A stretch of 64,000 nucleotides of DNA, from NCBI GenBank assembly GCA_045600965.1, contig JAZRYW010000050.1, positions 8,252 through 72,251 on the forward strand, written 5' to 3'. This stretch comes from Bacteroidales bacterium. GTDB lineage: Bacteria; Bacteroidota; Bacteroidia; Bacteroidales; UBA932. Shown here piece by piece: positions 18,774-27,286 of the stretch. Made by a program: the position numbers and the translations under genes. Position 1 is the first letter of the stretch; each line of letters opens with the position of its first letter. The notes below the pieces were generated by a model. That model was not told the origin of the DNA and searched no databases. It worked only from the letters and a program-made list of their open reading frames with translations.

Positions 18774-18803
18774 AACTTATTTTTTCGTCATTCCTTAGGA
18801 ATG

Positions 18804-18811
18804 CAAAATTA
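18804..18811 (-). promoter_or_regulatory. -7 box TAATTTTG for the TonB-dependent receptor/HMA operon
   Basis: Exact TAnnTTTG on the minus strand, with TTTG 19 nt upstream (-33-like). Implies a ~175-nt leader containing the MITE-like element. Confidence 0.5.
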
Positions 18812-18822
18812 CTAATATTGCT

Positions 18823-18830
18823 TATCTTTG
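18823..18830 (+). promoter_or_regulatory. -7 box TATCTTTG for sppA
   Basis: Exact TAnnTTTG, 23 nt upstream of ATG 18854. Back-to-back with the receptor promoter. Confidence 0.5.
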
Positions 18831-18853
18831 CAAAAACTATTCCCATCAATACG

Positions 18854-20617
18854 ATGAAAGGATTCTTCAAATACACGCTGGCAGCATTTGTAGGCTGCGT
18901 CCTGGCTATACTGATCGGCACCTGGATGATAATCGGTGCGGTAAGTTCCATCAGTTCGTCCATCAATTCCAAGCCTTCGACGGCAATTCCCCAGAACGCC
19001 ATACTCAAGATCGACTTCAAGGAAAAGATTGCCGAGCAGGATGCACGCAACCCATTCTCAGACCTGCAGCTTCAGGGTATGGCCGTCAACACCGGCAGCT
19101 CGATAGGTATGCTCAAGGCCGTCCGCGCACTTGAAACCGCAGCGCAGGACCCGTCGATAAGGTTCCTTTTCATCAACACCGACAACGCCGACCTGACCGA
19201 CATCACCTCGCTTGAGGAGTTCCGCAGAGCCATCTGCGCCTTCAAGGAGTCCGGCAAGGCCGTCGTGGCATACGGAAGCCATTTCTCCAACGCCGGCTAC
19301 TACATAGCCTCCGCTGCCGACAAGGTCATCATCAACAAGTACGGCGATTTCCTTGTGACCGGCATCTCCTCACAGCTGTTCTTCCTGAAGGACATACTCG
19401 ACAAAAGCGGTGTCAACATACAGCTCATACGGCACGGAAAATACAAATCCGCCGGTGAGATGTTCATAGCCAGCAACATCAGCGAGGCCAACCGCGAACA
19501 GAACCAGGCTATGATATCCTCCATCTGGGACAGCTGGTGCAAGGATATCGCCGCATCGAGGGACTTCACTGCAGAGCAGTTCAACTCCTGGATAGACAAC
19601 CTCTCCCTGACCACCACAGACCGCCTTCTTGAACTGGGCATCGTTGACGAAGCTTGGTACGGCAATCAGCTGGAGGACTACCTCTGCACCCTTTCAAGCG
19701 TCGACAAGCCCGCCGACCTGAAGTTCGTGCCCTTTGCCGGCTATGCCGACACCAAGGTGAAGAAGGACTACAAGGTGCGCGAGAAAGTGGCCGTAATCTA
19801 TGCCGACGGTGAGATAGCGACCGGCTCCCAGGAAGAGGGCATCGCCTCCGAGCGCTTTGCAGGCATCATATCCAAAGTGCGCCGCGACTCCACCGTCAAG
19901 GCTGTCGTCCTGAGAGTCAACTCTCCCGGAGGAAGCGCCCAGGCCGCAGAAATCATCCGCAACGAACTTTCACTGCTCAAGCAGACCAAGCCCGTGGTGG
20001 CGAGCATAGGCAACTATGCCGCATCGGGCGGATACTGGATCTCCGCAGGCTGTGACAGGATATTCACCAACCGCACGTCACTGACCGGCTCGATAGGCGT
20101 GTTCTCCATCGTGCCGGATTTCAGCGGCACCGCAGCCAAGCTCGGAGTCAGGGCAGTCACGATAAGCAGCAACAGACACGGTGATATGATGAGCGTGCTC
20201 CGTCCGCTTGACGGCGCCGAGACGGAATATATGACTTCGATGGTGGAGAAGGTATATTCCGACTTCACTTCCGTGGTCTCCGAGGGACGCGGCATTTCCG
20301 TGGAAAGAGTTGACTCTCTCGGCCAGGGACGCGTATGGACAGGGGCCGAAGCCCTTGAGACAGGCCTGGCCGACGAGGTTGGAGGCCTTGTGGATGCCAT
20401 CGGCTACGCATCCGGCCTGGCCTGCCTGACGGATTACAGGGTGGTGGAATATCCCGCTCCCGCAGATCCCGTGACCCATATCCTCAACCAGCTGTCCGGC
20501 AACAAGGGCGGTGAACAGAGCGATCCCCTGGCCTCCCTGACCGGAATTTACAGGGACATCCTCTCCGATGGAGGCACTGTCTGCGCAAGGATGGAATACA
20601 TTTACGATTTCAGATAA
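18854..20617 (+). CDS. sppA: Signal peptide peptidase SppA, 67K type
   Basis: ORF 18818..20617 trimmed to MKGFFKY at 18854. N-terminal TM helix and two S49 domains. Confidence 0.85.
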   Translation: MKGFFKYTLAAFVGCVLAILIGTWMIIGAVSSISSSINSKPSTAIPQNAILKIDFKEKIAEQDARNPFSDLQLQGMAVNTGSSIGMLKAVRALETAAQDPSIRFLFINTDNADLTDITSLEEFRRAICAFKESGKAVVAYGSHFSNAGYYIASAADKVIINKYGDFLVTGISSQLFFLKDILDKSGVNIQLIRHGKYKSAGEMFIASNISEANREQNQAMISSIWDSWCKDIAASRDFTAEQFNSWIDNLSLTTTDRLLELGIVDEAWYGNQLEDYLCTLSSVDKPADLKFVPFAGYADTKVKKDYKVREKVAVIYADGEIATGSQEEGIASERFAGIISKVRRDSTVKAVVLRVNSPGGSAQAAEIIRNELSLLKQTKPVVASIGNYAASGGYWISAGCDRIFTNRTSLTGSIGVFSIVPDFSGTAAKLGVRAVTISSNRHGDMMSVLRPLDGAETEYMTSMVEKVYSDFTSVVSEGRGISVERVDSLGQGRVWTGAEALETGLADEVGGLVDAIGYASGLACLTDYRVVEYPAPADPVTHILNQLSGNKGGEQSDPLASLTGIYRDILSDGGTVCARMEYIYDFR

Positions 20618-20630
20618 CAGCACCAAACCA

Positions 20631-21827
20631 ATGGCGATGAAATACACACCGGTCCTTCTGCTCACCGGTTATCTGGGCAGCGGCAAGACTACACTTCTGA
20701 ACCGTATTCTGAACAACCGCAAGGGTGTCAGATTCGCCGTGATAGTCAACGACATAGGAGAAGTCAACATAGATGCCGACCTTATCCAGAAAGGCGGTGT
20801 GGTAGGTCAGCGGGACGACAGCCTGGTGGCTCTGCAGAACGGATGCATCTGCTGCACGCTCAAGATGGACCTTGTCAGGCAGCTCAGCGACATCGTCTCG
20901 ATGGACAAGTTCGACTATATAGTCATTGAGGCCAGCGGCATCTGCGAGCCGGCACCGATAGCACAGACCATCTGCCAGATACCGAGGCTTCTGGGTGAGG
21001 AATACACCGCCGACGGCATTGCCAGACTGGACTGCGTTGTGACCGTGGTTGACGCCCTGCGTCTCAGGGACGAGTTCAACGGCGGTCTCGACCTTATGAA
21101 TGAAAACCTCGACGAGGAGGATATCGAGAACCTCGTCATCCAGCAGATAGAATTCTGCAACATAGTGCTTCTGAACAAGGCCGCAGAAGTATCCGGGGAC
21201 GAACTGGGACGCATAAGGGCGATAGTACGCTCTCTCCAGCCCAAGGCGGAGATAATCGAATGCAACTACGGTGACGTCGACCTCGACAGGATACTCTCCA
21301 CAGGCCTTTTCGACTTCGACAGCGTGGCTTCTTCCGCCGCCTGGCTTCAGGAGGTGGAATCCCGTCACGACGATGACGACCAGGATGACGACGACCACGA
21401 CGGGCATCACCACCACCATCACCACGACGATGAAGGTGAGGCCGAGGAATACGGCATCGGCACATATGTCTATTATGAACGCCGCCCCTTCGACATCAAC
21501 CGTTTCGACGATTTCGTAGCGCGGAAATGGCCCAAGGAGGTCATACGCGCCAAGGGCATCTGCTATTTCGAGGACGAAGCGGACCTCTGCTTCCTCTTCG
21601 AGCAGGCAGGAAGGCAGGTATCACTCAAGAACGCCGGGCAATGGTATGCCACGGTGCCCAACGACGAACTTGCAGCCCTTCTGGAGCGCGAGCCCGCCCT
21701 TGCAAGGGACTGGGATGACAAATACGGGGACCGTATGCAGAAACTCGTGTTCATCGGCCGCAATCTCGACAGAGAAAAAATCCGCGAAGCGCTTGACAGC
21801 TGCATCGCGGACACTTATCACTGGTAG
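20631..21827 (+). CDS. COG0523 (CobW/ZigA/YeiR-type) metallochaperone GTPase with His/Asp-rich insert
   Basis: ORF 20568..21827 trimmed to MAMKYTP at 20631. Walker A GYLGSGKTT, CICC metal motif, HDDDDQDDDDHDGHHHHHHHDDEGE tract. Confidence 0.85.
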   Translation: MAMKYTPVLLLTGYLGSGKTTLLNRILNNRKGVRFAVIVNDIGEVNIDADLIQKGGVVGQRDDSLVALQNGCICCTLKMDLVRQLSDIVSMDKFDYIVIEASGICEPAPIAQTICQIPRLLGEEYTADGIARLDCVVTVVDALRLRDEFNGGLDLMNENLDEEDIENLVIQQIEFCNIVLLNKAAEVSGDELGRIRAIVRSLQPKAEIIECNYGDVDLDRILSTGLFDFDSVASSAAWLQEVESRHDDDDQDDDDHDGHHHHHHHDDEGEAEEYGIGTYVYYERRPFDINRFDDFVARKWPKEVIRAKGICYFEDEADLCFLFEQAGRQVSLKNAGQWYATVPNDELAALLEREPALARDWDDKYGDRMQKLVFIGRNLDREKIREALDSCIADTYHW

Positions 21828-21835
21828 AACGCTTG

Positions 21836-23383
21836 TCAGAACTTGAATCCCAGCGTGAAGATCAGTTTGCTTGACCTGGGAAGGGTCTCGTATGTAAGCC
21901 CGGGAAGGCCGTCGTATTCGCCATACAGGGTATAGGACTCCCACTGCCTGGGATTGAGGCTCTGCTGGAAGGCGAAGTCGAAATGAATGCCTTCCGCGAT
22001 TCTCAGGCCGAAACCGAGCGACCAGTTCCTTCTGGAGGAGTCGAACGACTTTTCGGCCGATGCGAAATAGTTGTATCCGCCACGGAGGGAGAATCCCGGG
22101 GTGACCCTCAGTTCCGCGCCTATACGGAGATTGCCCGCATTGCGGAATTCCTTTTCTATCACATCGTTCTCGCCGGAGAATTCCCTGGGATTGCGGTTGT
22201 AGTCCATCATCCTGATGCTGCTGTAGTCGGCCTCCTCATAATCGACGCTGACAAGACCGCGATGTCCTATGGTCAATGCACCGCCTACGCTCCATCGCAG
22301 AGGGGTGGCCACCCTGTAGGAATATTCATAGTCGGGTGTGGACCGCTGGGCTCCGAAGCCGTCGGAGAATCGGGATGACATCGTTGTGCTCCAGAAGTCA
22401 GTCAGGTCATACCAGGTCGGGGTGGTGAAGGTGGCGCCAAGACGCAGGTTTGCGATGGGACGCCAGATGATGCCGAACTTCGCATTCACTCCCGAACCCA
22501 CCGTGGACTGGTAATAGTTCCTGGTCATACTGTTGAAATTGGTGGCGAAGTCGGAGAGGTTGACCCCTTCCTCGAGATATTCCTCGCTCAGGTCAAGCGC
22601 CAGGGAGTAGAGGTTGAAATTGATGCCGAAATAGAGTTTGTCGGAGATATTGGCGCCCACATTGAATGCAAACTCATCGATGCCTCCGGATGTCTTCCTG
22701 AAGAAGGACTGTTTCAGAAGGCCCGCCGTATAGAGGTCCCCGTCCCCGTTTATGTTCTCCGTGGCTCCTATGTAGTCGGTGTCGCTGTCACCCAGGTTGT
22801 TGATAAGGCCCGTCTGCCAGGCAAGGATCGAATTGACGGGTACATCATAACAGAATGGATCCTCGGCAGAGAGCAGGGAGCGGTCCAGCCCGTAGGAGTT
22901 GTATGCTATGTAGCCGGGCAATGTGCTCTGATTGTTGAAGTTGGCCGTGGTGGAGCAGGAGTTGAAACTGCGGGTGCGGTTGTAGGCGAAGCCGAAATTG
23001 ATGCTTACAAGGCCGGAATAGTTGCCGGTGTCGAACACCGCCACGCCCCCGGCGTTGGAAAGGTGGGTGCGGGTGTCCTTGTATGATGAAAGGGTGTTGG
23101 TCCCGTCGCTGTTGTTGAAGCCGGAAGACTGGGATGAGAAGGGATTCACCCCGAGACTGAGAGTGAATTCGTTCCTGTTCATCACGGCCGTCGAGGCGGG
23201 GTTGATTGAAATCGCGCCCATATCACCGCCCAGGGCGGTGAACGCGTTGCCCATCGCCACAGTGCGGGCCGTGCCTTCATAATCCACCTTTGAGAAATTG
23301 AGGGCATCGTAAGCCGACTGGGCTGATATGGTGTTGCAGGCCAGCATAACGGCCAGTGCTGCAATTATGTTCTTTCTTGTCAT
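21836..23383 (-). CDS. FadL/OmpP1-like outer-membrane beta-barrel protein
   Basis: ORF 21836..23755 trimmed to MTRKNIIAALAVMLACNTISAQS at 23383, because the upstream extension overlaps the preceding gene. ARTVAMGNAFTALGGDMGAISINPA resembles the FadL N-terminal motif. C-terminal ...LGFKF. Confidence 0.65.
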   Translation of the reverse strand: MTRKNIIAALAVMLACNTISAQSAYDALNFSKVDYEGTARTVAMGNAFTALGGDMGAISINPASTAVMNRNEFTLSLGVNPFSSQSSGFNNSDGTNTLSSYKDTRTHLSNAGGVAVFDTGNYSGLVSINFGFAYNRTRSFNSCSTTANFNNQSTLPGYIAYNSYGLDRSLLSAEDPFCYDVPVNSILAWQTGLINNLGDSDTDYIGATENINGDGDLYTAGLLKQSFFRKTSGGIDEFAFNVGANISDKLYFGINFNLYSLALDLSEEYLEEGVNLSDFATNFNSMTRNYYQSTVGSGVNAKFGIIWRPIANLRLGATFTTPTWYDLTDFWSTTMSSRFSDGFGAQRSTPDYEYSYRVATPLRWSVGGALTIGHRGLVSVDYEEADYSSIRMMDYNRNPREFSGENDVIEKEFRNAGNLRIGAELRVTPGFSLRGGYNYFASAEKSFDSSRRNWSLGFGLRIAEGIHFDFAFQQSLNPRQWESYTLYGEYDGLPGLTYETLPRSSKLIFTLGFKF

Positions 23384-23405
23384 AGCCTTGGTATTAAGAA
23401 TCTGT

Positions 23406-24623
23406 TTATCTTCTGCCGCCCACGTGTCCGCCGCCTCCGCCTCCGCCGCTGTGGCCGCCTCCGCTGAAGCCTCCACCGCCGCTATATCCTCCACCGCTGT
23501 GGCTGCTGCGGCCGCCCGAGCTTGTCGAACTGCTGGATGAACGGCTCGTCGAAGTGTTTGAACGGTTCGTCGAAGTGCTTGGAGTGCTGTTTGACGAACT
23601 GCGGCTGGAAGTGCTGCGTCCTGAGGTTGATACGGAAGATCTGCTCCCGGAAACGCTCCCGGAAACGCTCCCGGAGCTTCTGGAAGTGCTGATTCCACTG
23701 CCGGTTGATGACCTTCCGTATGAGGAGGTGGTACGTGTCGAGCTGCCTGCGGCACGAACGCCCGGTGTGGCGCCGGTGCCTCCTGTTATGTGCGTTGACC
23801 TGCGGGTGCCGTCGGCAGTCTGACCGGAGGTGCCTGTGTTGCGCACCCTGCGGGCTCCGTTGTGTGTCTGTGAAGAGTTCTCGAACGACCTGCGGGAGTC
23901 GTTGCGGCGCAGATCCGAACGTACCGCCATTCCACCGTCGGTGCGGTGAGAGCCGCTGTAGCGAATGTCACGGTTGTCATATATCGGACCTGGGCCATAG
24001 TACCAGTACCTGTCATACCAGCCGTAGCGGTACCAGGGGTCATACCAGCCCCAGCCAAAGCCCCATCCGTAATAGAAGGGGTCGAAGTACCAGGGGTCGT
24101 ACCAGCCCACATAGCCGTAGCAGAAAGGCCCGTACCATCCGCCGTAATAAGCGGGGTTGTACCGGCCGTACACCCAGGGGCTGTACCAGCCGTGGAGAGG
24201 AGAGTACCAGTAATAGCTGATGCCCCACCAGGGATTGTACCAGGCATCGTCCCACGCGTTGACATTGATGTTTATGGTATAGTCGGGGCTGTCGAACCTG
24301 TGAAGACGCTCCTCGTAAGAAAGGCCGTCCTCGTATATGAGGTAAGTCTCGCCGGGTTTGGCGTCAATCTCAACCACACCGTTATCGTCGAAGAAAAGGA
24401 CGTCATCGACAGCCGCCACTGTGGTTCCGGAACCTTGGCGGTCGGCGGCACGAAGCCTCTCCAGCTCCGCCTGAGCTGCGGCGCGGGCCTCCATACGTTC
24501 CCTGTCGGGCCTTGCGTAGATGGCGTCATCGTTCCAGGACGAGCCGGAATTGACCACTATCACGCCGCATCCTGTAAGAGTCATTGACCCGAGGATGAGT
24601 GCAAAAATGAAAGTGTTCTTCAT
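23406..24623 (-). CDS. Lipoprotein with Trp/Tyr-rich core and Ser/Thr/Arg/Gly-rich tail (unknown function)
   Basis: ORF 23406..24674 begins with TTG. Trimmed to ATG 24623 (MKNTFIFALILGSMTLTGC, lipobox). AAGGAGG lies 7 nt (ccaattt) upstream of the ATG. Composition described in findings. Confidence 0.7.
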   Translation of the reverse strand: MKNTFIFALILGSMTLTGCGVIVVNSGSSWNDDAIYARPDRERMEARAAAQAELERLRAADRQGSGTTVAAVDDVLFFDDNGVVEIDAKPGETYLIYEDGLSYEERLHRFDSPDYTININVNAWDDAWYNPWWGISYYWYSPLHGWYSPWVYGRYNPAYYGGWYGPFCYGYVGWYDPWYFDPFYYGWGFGWGWYDPWYRYGWYDRYWYYGPGPIYDNRDIRYSGSHRTDGGMAVRSDLRRNDSRRSFENSSQTHNGARRVRNTGTSGQTADGTRRSTHITGGTGATPGVRAAGSSTRTTSSYGRSSTGSGISTSRSSGSVSGSVSGSRSSVSTSGRSTSSRSSSNSTPSTSTNRSNTSTSRSSSSSTSSGGRSSHSGGGYSGGGGFSGGGHSGGGGGGGHVGGRR

Positions 24624-24652
24624 AAATTGGTCCTCCTTAAAGATAAAATTCT

Positions 24653-24660
24653 TAATTTTG
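24653..24660 (+). promoter_or_regulatory. -7 box TAATTTTG for proS
   Basis: Exact TAnnTTTG, 78 nt upstream of ATG 24739. Confidence 0.4.
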
Positions 24661-24738
24661 CGGCGCTCCGCCAAAAGGCGGGAACTGTAAACTTAAGACA
24701 AAAATAACAACTTTTATACCAATAACCAACGATTCATT

Positions 24739-26217
24739 ATGGCAAAGGAAGTGACAAACAGGGAGGACAACTATTCCCAGTGGTACAACAATCTTGTGGT
24801 AAAAGCAGATCTTGCTGAAAATTCAGCAGTTAGGGGCTGTATGGTGATCAAGCCCTACGGATATGCGATATGGGAGAAGATGCACGAAAATCTTGACAGG
24901 ATGTTCAAGGAGACCGGTCATCAGAACGCCTACTTCCCCCTTTTCATCCCCAAGTCCTTCCTCAGCCGTGAGGCCGAGCACGTCGAAGGCTTTGCAAAGG
25001 AATGCGCCGTGGTGACCCACCACCGCCTTATGAACGACCCGAACGGCAAGGGTGTGGTCGTCGACCCCGACGCAAGGCTTGAAGAGGAACTCGTGGTCCG
25101 CCCCACTTCCGAAACCATCATCTGGAACACCTACAAGGGCTGGATCAAGTCGTGGCGCGACCTTCCGCTTCTGATCAACCAGTGGGCCAACGTCGTGCGC
25201 TGGGAGATGCGTACCCGTCTGTTCCTCCGCACCGCGGAATTCCTCTGGCAGGAGGGCCATACCGCCCACGCCACCAGGCAGGAAGCCGTCGCCGAGGCCG
25301 AGCGTATGATACAGGTCTATGCAAAGTTTGCTCGTGACTATATGGCAGTGCCGGTTGTCGTCGGCCACAAGACCGAGTCGGAACGGTTTGCCGGAGCGGT
25401 AGACACCCTCTGCATCGAGGCGATGATGCAGGACGGAAAAGCCCTGCAGGCAGGCACATCCCACTTCCTCGGACAGAATTTCGCAAAGGCATTCGAAGTG
25501 CAGTTCGCCAACAAGGAAGGCGGTCTCGAATATGTATGGGCAACTTCGTGGGGCGTTTCAACCCGCCTTATGGGTGCCCTGATAATGGCTCACAGCGACA
25601 ACAACGGTCTGGTTCTTCCCCCCAGGCTCGCGCCCATACAGGTTGTGCTTGTTCCGATCTACCGCAGCGACGAGGAGCGTGACGCCATCCTCGGAAGGAT
25701 GGACTCCATCAAGTCGGAACTCACCGCGGCCGGTCTTTCAGTGAAGGTCGACGACCGTGACAACCTCCGCCCCGGCTTCAAGTTCGCCGAATGGGAGCTC
25801 AAGGGAGTGCCCGTACGCATTGCGATAGGCCCCCGCGACCTTGAGGCCGGCAATGCCGAACTCGCCCGCCGCGACACGCTCACCAAGGAAATCGTGCCTC
25901 AGGAAGGCCTCGCACAGCGTCTGGTTGCCCTTATGGACGAAATTCAGGACAACATCTACCGCAAGGCTCTCGACTTCCGTCAGAAGAACGTCTACAAGGT
26001 AGACACATGGGAGGAATTCAAGGAAAAAATCGAGGAAGGCGGCTTCCTGCTCTGCCATTGGGACGGAACGGCCGAAACCGAGGCCAGAATACAGGAGGAG
26101 ACCAAGGCCACCATACGCTGCATCCCCGTCGACTCCTTCGTAGTGGAGGAGGAAGGCAAATGCGTTTATTCAGGCAAGCCCTCACACCGCAGGGTGATTT
26201 TTGCACGTGCATACTAA
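24739..26217 (+). CDS. proS: Proline--tRNA ligase (archaeal/eukaryote-like type, no INS domain)
   Basis: ORF 24739..26217, 492 aa. Class II motifs. C-terminal ...RVIFARAY. Confidence 0.9.
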   Translation: MAKEVTNREDNYSQWYNNLVVKADLAENSAVRGCMVIKPYGYAIWEKMHENLDRMFKETGHQNAYFPLFIPKSFLSREAEHVEGFAKECAVVTHHRLMNDPNGKGVVVDPDARLEEELVVRPTSETIIWNTYKGWIKSWRDLPLLINQWANVVRWEMRTRLFLRTAEFLWQEGHTAHATRQEAVAEAERMIQVYAKFARDYMAVPVVVGHKTESERFAGAVDTLCIEAMMQDGKALQAGTSHFLGQNFAKAFEVQFANKEGGLEYVWATSWGVSTRLMGALIMAHSDNNGLVLPPRLAPIQVVLVPIYRSDEERDAILGRMDSIKSELTAAGLSVKVDDRDNLRPGFKFAEWELKGVPVRIAIGPRDLEAGNAELARRDTLTKEIVPQEGLAQRLVALMDEIQDNIYRKALDFRQKNVYKVDTWEEFKEKIEEGGFLLCHWDGTAETEARIQEETKATIRCIPVDSFVVEEEGKCVYSGKPSHRRVIFARAY

Positions 26218-26260
26218 GAAGCTGTTTAAGCTTCTAAGAATTTGTTTTAAACGTTACAAT

Positions 26261-27286
26261 ATGAAAAATTCCAGCACCATACTGACAGCGCTTGCCATTC
26301 TGGCAGCCACCTTTGCCGCCAATGCGCAGCAGATTGCCGCTGAAGGACAGTACACACAGACAAAGGACGCCTCGTGGGAGATCTGCGAAGCCATCGCCGA
26401 CAGGATTGCCGACAATCCCGAAGAGGCATACACTCCCGCTCCCGCCCCCAAATATTGGGACAGGGGCATCGTGACACAGCTCGGCTTCTCACAGGTATCC
26501 CTTACCAACTGGGCCGCCGGCGGTTACGGTTCGATTGCGATGAACGCTTACGGCAAGGCCTTCGCCAACTACAAGAAGGATGAGATGATATGGGAGAACC
26601 AGTTGGAAGTCGGCTACGGGTTCATCCAGTCATTCGTCGAGGACGGTTTCAAGAAGAGTGATGACCGCTTCAATCTCGACAGCAAATGGGGCTACAGGAT
26701 GACCGAAAAACTCTATCTTTCATCGGTATTCCTTTTCAAGACCCAGATGACCCACGGCTTCAACTACCCCGCAGACCAGGAGCCGGTGCTCGTATCAAGG
26801 TTCTTCGCCCCCGCGAACGTATCTCTCGGTGTCGGTGCCGACTGGAAGCCCGGTGACTGGATGTCACTCAATTTCGCCCCTCTGACCGGAAAGATCGTCT
26901 TCGTGTCAGATCCCGACCTCCGCGCCATCTACGGTAACCGCGAGGACCAGTTCGCCAAGTTCGAACTCGGTGCCCAGCTGAAGATTGACAACAAGTTCAC
27001 AATAGCGAAGACCTTCCAGATAGGTTCCTCCCTGACCCTCTTCTCCGACTATCTCCACAAGCCGCAGAACGTGGACGTCTATTGGGATGTGTCCCTTACC
27101 GGTCAGCTCACCAAGCATCTGGCATTCACCGTGCGCACCAACCTCATCTATGATGACGACATCAAGTTCCTCGACAGGAAGGACAGCGCAGGCAACCCCA
27201 TCCCCGGTGCCGACAAGATTCCGGGGCTGCAGTTCAAAGAGGCGGCGAGCCTTTCGTTCACCTATGCCTTCGGTGACGCCAAATAG
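26261..27286 (+). CDS. DUF3078 outer-membrane protein
   Basis: ORF 26201..27286 trimmed to MKNSSTILTALAILAATFAANAQ at 26261. LTNWAAGG motif recalled from DUF3078. Confidence 0.6.
   Translation: MKNSSTILTALAILAATFAANAQQIAAEGQYTQTKDASWEICEAIADRIADNPEEAYTPAPAPKYWDRGIVTQLGFSQVSLTNWAAGGYGSIAMNAYGKAFANYKKDEMIWENQLEVGYGFIQSFVEDGFKKSDDRFNLDSKWGYRMTEKLYLSSVFLFKTQMTHGFNYPADQEPVLVSRFFAPANVSLGVGADWKPGDWMSLNFAPLTGKIVFVSDPDLRAIYGNREDQFAKFELGAQLKIDNKFTIAKTFQIGSSLTLFSDYLHKPQNVDVYWDVSLTGQLTKHLAFTVRTNLIYDDDIKFLDRKDSAGNPIPGADKIPGLQFKEAASLSFTYAFGDAK

Larger units (their letters stand above)
18634..18819 (-). repeat. Promoter/leader cassette copy 1 (upstream of the TonB-dependent receptor), interrupted by the 116-nt element
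   Basis: Minus strand reads aatattagtaattttgcat-tcctaaggaatgacgaaaaaataagtt-[insert]-aagttattttataagaatgactaa. Aligned by hand to 54362-54439. Confidence 0.65.

Noticed and set aside
21364-21440. GAC/GAT/CAC-rich repetitive DNA that looks like a microsatellite
   Set aside because: It is in frame inside the COG0523 gene and encodes the His/Asp metal-binding tract typical of that family. It is not a non-coding repeat.
23384-23755. N-terminal 124-codon extension of the outer-membrane protein ORF (21836..23755), and similar extensions of 47304..49175, 38397..39710, 10987..11928 and 6024..9224
   Set aside because: The extensions overlap the preceding genes or promoter regions and are Ala/Pro/Arg-rich. 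They precede internal ATGs that are followed by proper signal peptides or conserved N-termini, so the starts were moved to those ATGs.
26217-26235. Hairpin AGAAGC-tgtttaa-GCTTCT right after the proS stop, as a possible terminator
   Set aside because: The stem is only 6 bp, and it is followed by aagaatttgtttt rather than an immediate T tract. The evidence is too weak to call.
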